A stretch of 64,000 nt of DNA from a virus. The translations under genes and the position numbers were made by a program. The stretch spans positions 1-64,000 of the IMG/VR virus record IMGVR_UViG_3300050509_000438, one strand, 5' to 3'. Below, in pieces: positions 61,739 to 64,000 of this stretch; the first letter of the stretch is position 1, and each line of letters opens with the position of its first letter. Below the pieces are notes generated by a model that was not told the origin of the DNA, did not search any database, and saw nothing but the letters and a program-made list of their open reading frames with translations.

Positions 61739-61924
61739 ATGAAAGGAGCCACCTACATCCGCGAAGTCAACGATTACTCTGTAGTGATCAAGGTATGGCG
61801 CTGCAACAGAACAGGAGAAATATTTAACACAATACACAAACGACATGAACAAACCCAAATCAAAACGCGGCTTCGCATCGATGTCGCCGGAAAAACAACG
61901 AGAGATCGCATCTATGGGAGGTAA
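61739..61924 (+). CDS. Hypothetical protein, 61 aa (3' end overlaps the KGG gene)
   Basis: ORF. Confidence 0.35.
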   Translation: MKGATYIREVNDYSVVIKVWRCNRTGEIFNTIHKRHEQTQIKTRLRIDVAGKTTRDRIYGR

Positions 61925-62117
61925 GACGCATGGCAAAGAATTCTTCCAGGCTATTGGTAGCAAGGGCGGTAAGGTACACTCACGCCAGCACATGGCCGAA
62001 ATTGGGCGAAAGGGTGGCTCCAAAGTATCTCAGGATCGGCGATACATGTCTGAGCTTGGTAAAAAAGGAGTCGACACCAAGCGGAAGAAGTCCGGTAAGC
62101 CCATTGCGCAGGTGTAA
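61845..62117 (+). CDS. KGG-repeat general-stress-type protein (YciG/Con-10-like), 90 aa
   Basis: KRGFASMSPEKQREIASMGGK, IGSKGGK, IGRKGGS and LGKKG repeats. Confidence 0.6.
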   Translation: MNKPKSKRGFASMSPEKQREIASMGGKTHGKEFFQAIGSKGGKVHSRQHMAEIGRKGGSKVSQDRRYMSELGKKGVDTKRKKSGKPIAQV

Positions 62118-62129
62118 ACAAATGTTTAC
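62114..62129. promoter_or_regulatory. Dyad GTAAACA-AA-TGTTTAC (7-bp perfect arms)
   Basis: Overlaps the KGG stop codon. Member of the GTAAA..TTTAC family. Confidence 0.4.
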
Positions 62130-62137
62130 ATTGCTGT

Positions 62138-62287
62138 ATGTTTACCTTTAACATCGGCCCTCAATTCTTGTACGAATACTGGGAGTATCGCCATGCTTTA
62201 GATGGGCATCATTACGATGTCAGAATAAAAGTTTGGCTTGATCTATTCACAATGCAGGTATTTTCAACTGAACATCCACTACGATGA
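62138..62287 (+). CDS. Small ORF, 49 aa (MFTFNIGPQFLYEYWEYRHALDGHHYDVRIKVWLDLFTMQVFSTEHPLR), below the ORF-track cutoff
   Basis: ATGA overlap with the next gene at 62284. Confidence 0.35.
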   Translation: MFTFNIGPQFLYEYWEYRHALDGHHYDVRIKVWLDLFTMQVFSTEHPLR

Positions 62288-62580
62288 GCAAAGACAAATT
62301 CGAGTACTTCCACAACCACGGTGACGAAGAGGGCAACAATAGCCTCACTATTTGCTATGGGGATTCAAGCGAGCCTGATCATATCATGGTCACCTGTGAG
62401 GACACAGAAGAAGATGCCATCGAAGCAGTGAGGCGGCTTAATGTAATCTTGGACACCTACGCCCAGCAAAAGGTCGATGAGTTCAAGGAGAAGTTGAAGA
62501 TTGCTATTTGGAATCGATACCAACGGAGTGACTATCATTTAACCATCACATGTATTAATAAAGACATCGATAACCTATGA
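62284..62580 (+). CDS. Hypothetical protein, 98 aa
   Basis: ORF. Confidence 0.5.
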   Translation: MSKDKFEYFHNHGDEEGNNSLTICYGDSSEPDHIMVTCEDTEEDAIEAVRRLNVILDTYAQQKVDEFKEKLKIAIWNRYQRSDYHLTITCINKDIDNL

Positions 62581-63305
62581 AAAACTTCCACATCTTCCTT
62601 GATCCCACCGGTACGTGGAAAGGGAATGAGTTTCCGGACGAGCCAGGTAGATTTTTTACCTATTACAGTGCTGGTGGCAAAACTGCTGAAACAGCACAAG
62701 AAGCCGGAAGAATTTATCAAATAGCCGTCAAGAAGCTAAAGTCCGAAGCCCTCGAAGCCAAGGATGTTCCCGCTGAACAGATTAATCCTGATGATCCGAC
62801 AAGGTGGCTATTGTATCTGGTCGAAGATGACCCCATTGAAGTCGTTCCCGGCGTTCTTTACCCCTGGGACGGAGGGTGGAAAATTTATGAGGATATGCAA
62901 GAGGACATCGGTGGTATCTATAAAATTCGTCTCCTCCCCAAGTCTCCGGTAACCCTTGGTGCTTGTATTATTTGTGGGGCTATTGAAGGAGAACCGCACT
63001 ATGCGACTTGCAGTAAAGCAACAACCGCAGCGCCGCCGACTCCGTTAATTCCGGAACGCAGCATCGCCTCGCCTGATCACTTACCCTCACTCAACACAGG
63101 CATAGTAGCCACGGGAGAACCTGAGTTTAATGTCAGGGATAACGCTATAGTAGTAAGTGGTACCGTTTCAGGCAAATCATCATCTGAAATCCTTGATGAG
63201 TTTTCTACCTTGAGGGGAGCCACAGGAAGAGAGGAGCCACAGGAAGAGAGGAGCCTGAACTATGGCAGTCAATCGATGCAAACAAGCCTAAGTATATCTG
63301 TTTAA
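62577..63305 (+). CDS. Hypothetical protein, 242 aa
   Basis: ORF. Confidence 0.5.
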   Translation: MKNFHIFLDPTGTWKGNEFPDEPGRFFTYYSAGGKTAETAQEAGRIYQIAVKKLKSEALEAKDVPAEQINPDDPTRWLLYLVEDDPIEVVPGVLYPWDGGWKIYEDMQEDIGGIYKIRLLPKSPVTLGACIICGAIEGEPHYATCSKATTAAPPTPLIPERSIASPDHLPSLNTGIVATGEPEFNVRDNAIVVSGTVSGKSSSEILDEFSTLRGATGREEPQEERSLNYGSQSMQTSLSISV

Positions 63306-63325
63306 CGAACGTGTACACCGATGGC

Positions 63326-63454
63326 ATGCCTCTGCCACTGCTTGAATTTTGGGCACAAGTTGAGAATTGGTACGGAGACATTCAGAAAAAAGAAACAGGC
63401 GAACAGTTCTTAAAACGAATGCTCGAAAAATACACCATAACCCGCAAGCCATGA
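63326..63454 (+). CDS. Small ORF, 42 aa (MPLPLLEFWAQVENWYGDIQKKETGEQFLKRMLEKYTITRKP)
   Basis: ATGA overlap with the next start at 63451. The frame is open upstream to about 63200 without an ATG. Confidence 0.25.
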   Translation: MPLPLLEFWAQVENWYGDIQKKETGEQFLKRMLEKYTITRKP

Positions 63455-63864
63455 CCGACGACCAGAAAAAGAAGTACGAAGAGGCGGCGAAGGAGCACAC
63501 TCGCACCCACTTTTCATTTCACAGCAGTCTTAGCGCGATGCAAGGCGAATCGTTCTTCATGGGTGCCACTCACGCCCACAATGAACTATCAGAAAAAATA
63601 GATGCTCTTGCAAACTTCAAGAAGTATGTGCATGATCGCCTCGATAAGATGGGGATACCGTCGGATCCAGAACCGGAGAACAACAACAAACACGGATGCC
63701 GAATCGAAGGTCGGTTAAATTTCATGGAAAATCGGCTGAAGCAGGCCCACAACGCCGCAATAGACGCCGCGATTCAGCAACTAAACAGTGAACGACAAAA
63801 CAGCTACATAATATCCACGTTCGAGTCGTTCTCGATTGAAAGACTCCAAAAACTGAAACTATGA
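63451..63864 (+). CDS. Hypothetical protein, 137 aa (ATG start MTDDQKKKYEE)
   Basis: Internal Met coupled to the upstream small ORF. Confidence 0.45.
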   Translation: MTDDQKKKYEEAAKEHTRTHFSFHSSLSAMQGESFFMGATHAHNELSEKIDALANFKKYVHDRLDKMGIPSDPEPENNNKHGCRIEGRLNFMENRLKQAHNAAIDAAIQQLNSERQNSYIISTFESFSIERLQKLKL

Positions 63865-64000
63865 CCGCCAGCAACATCGAGCACGAAGGAGAGTGCCAAG
63901 AGTGCCTCCGACATGAGAAAGACGGGCAACTGCTTTGTGATAAGATTGCCAAGCTAGAGCATGAGAACAGGGAACTGCGGGATGCACTGAAGAGTTTCGT
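63861..64000 (+). CDS. 5' part of a CDS truncated by the right window edge (MTASNIEHEGECQECLRHEKDGQLLCDKIAKLEHENRELRDALKSF...)
   Basis: ATGA overlap with the upstream stop. Open to nt 64000. Not in the ORF track because no stop lies in the window. Confidence 0.45.
   Translation, partial: MTASNIEHEGECQECLRHEKDGQLLCDKIAKLEHENRELRDALKSF

Noticed and set aside
1-64000. Stop-codon reassignment or a suppressor tRNA, as seen in some Bacteroidota phages.
   Set aside because: Very long ORFs (1627, 1322, 816 and 720 aa) are intact in the standard code. The tRNA-like gene shows no identifiable CUA/UCA/UUA anticodon loop.

Overview
This 64-kb window reads as most of a tailed dsDNA phage genome or prophage interior. 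Expression signals look Bacteroidota-like, with TAnnTTTG-type boxes close to start codons and no consistent Shine-Dalgarno sequence.

Layout:
(i) 1-32.6 kb, minus strand: a tightly packed late operon. It encodes a TerS candidate, TerL, portal, scaffold, major capsid protein, a 1627-aa fibre, three consecutive esterase-domain proteins and tail proteins. It ends with a 200 / 632 / >=1221-aa trio that matches the T7 gp14-15-16 size and order pattern. The last ORF runs off the left edge and is therefore missing from the ORF track.
(ii) 32.6-44.1 kb, minus strand: HNH endonuclease, a GroES-like protein, membrane proteins and a VRR-NUC nuclease. Also a split ADP-heptose-type module (kinase, HAD phosphatase, adenylyltransferase), a PD-(D/E)xK exonuclease, an atypical 157-nt tRNA-Leu-like gene and RecT.
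(iii) 44.2-64 kb, plus strand: about 50 small early genes, a C5 DNA methyltransferase, and a primase-helicase followed by an iteron field. Also a (GGC-NAC)54 coding repeat, a small serine recombinase and a KGG-repeat protein.

Most notable observations:
- The methyltransferase motifs are split between two fully open overlapping frames.
- The phage carries nucleotide-heptose genes with no transferase in view.
- Three unrelated esterase folds sit side by side in the fibre module.
- The tRNA-like gene has an oversized anticodon region.
- A dyad GTAAA..TTTAC recurs in promoters.
- There are antisense-embedded units at 29.8 kb and 34.1 kb.

No rRNA, CRISPR array, transposase or tyrosine integrase was seen. 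Functional calls rest on motifs recalled from memory. Hand-derived coordinates may be off by 1-2 nt.
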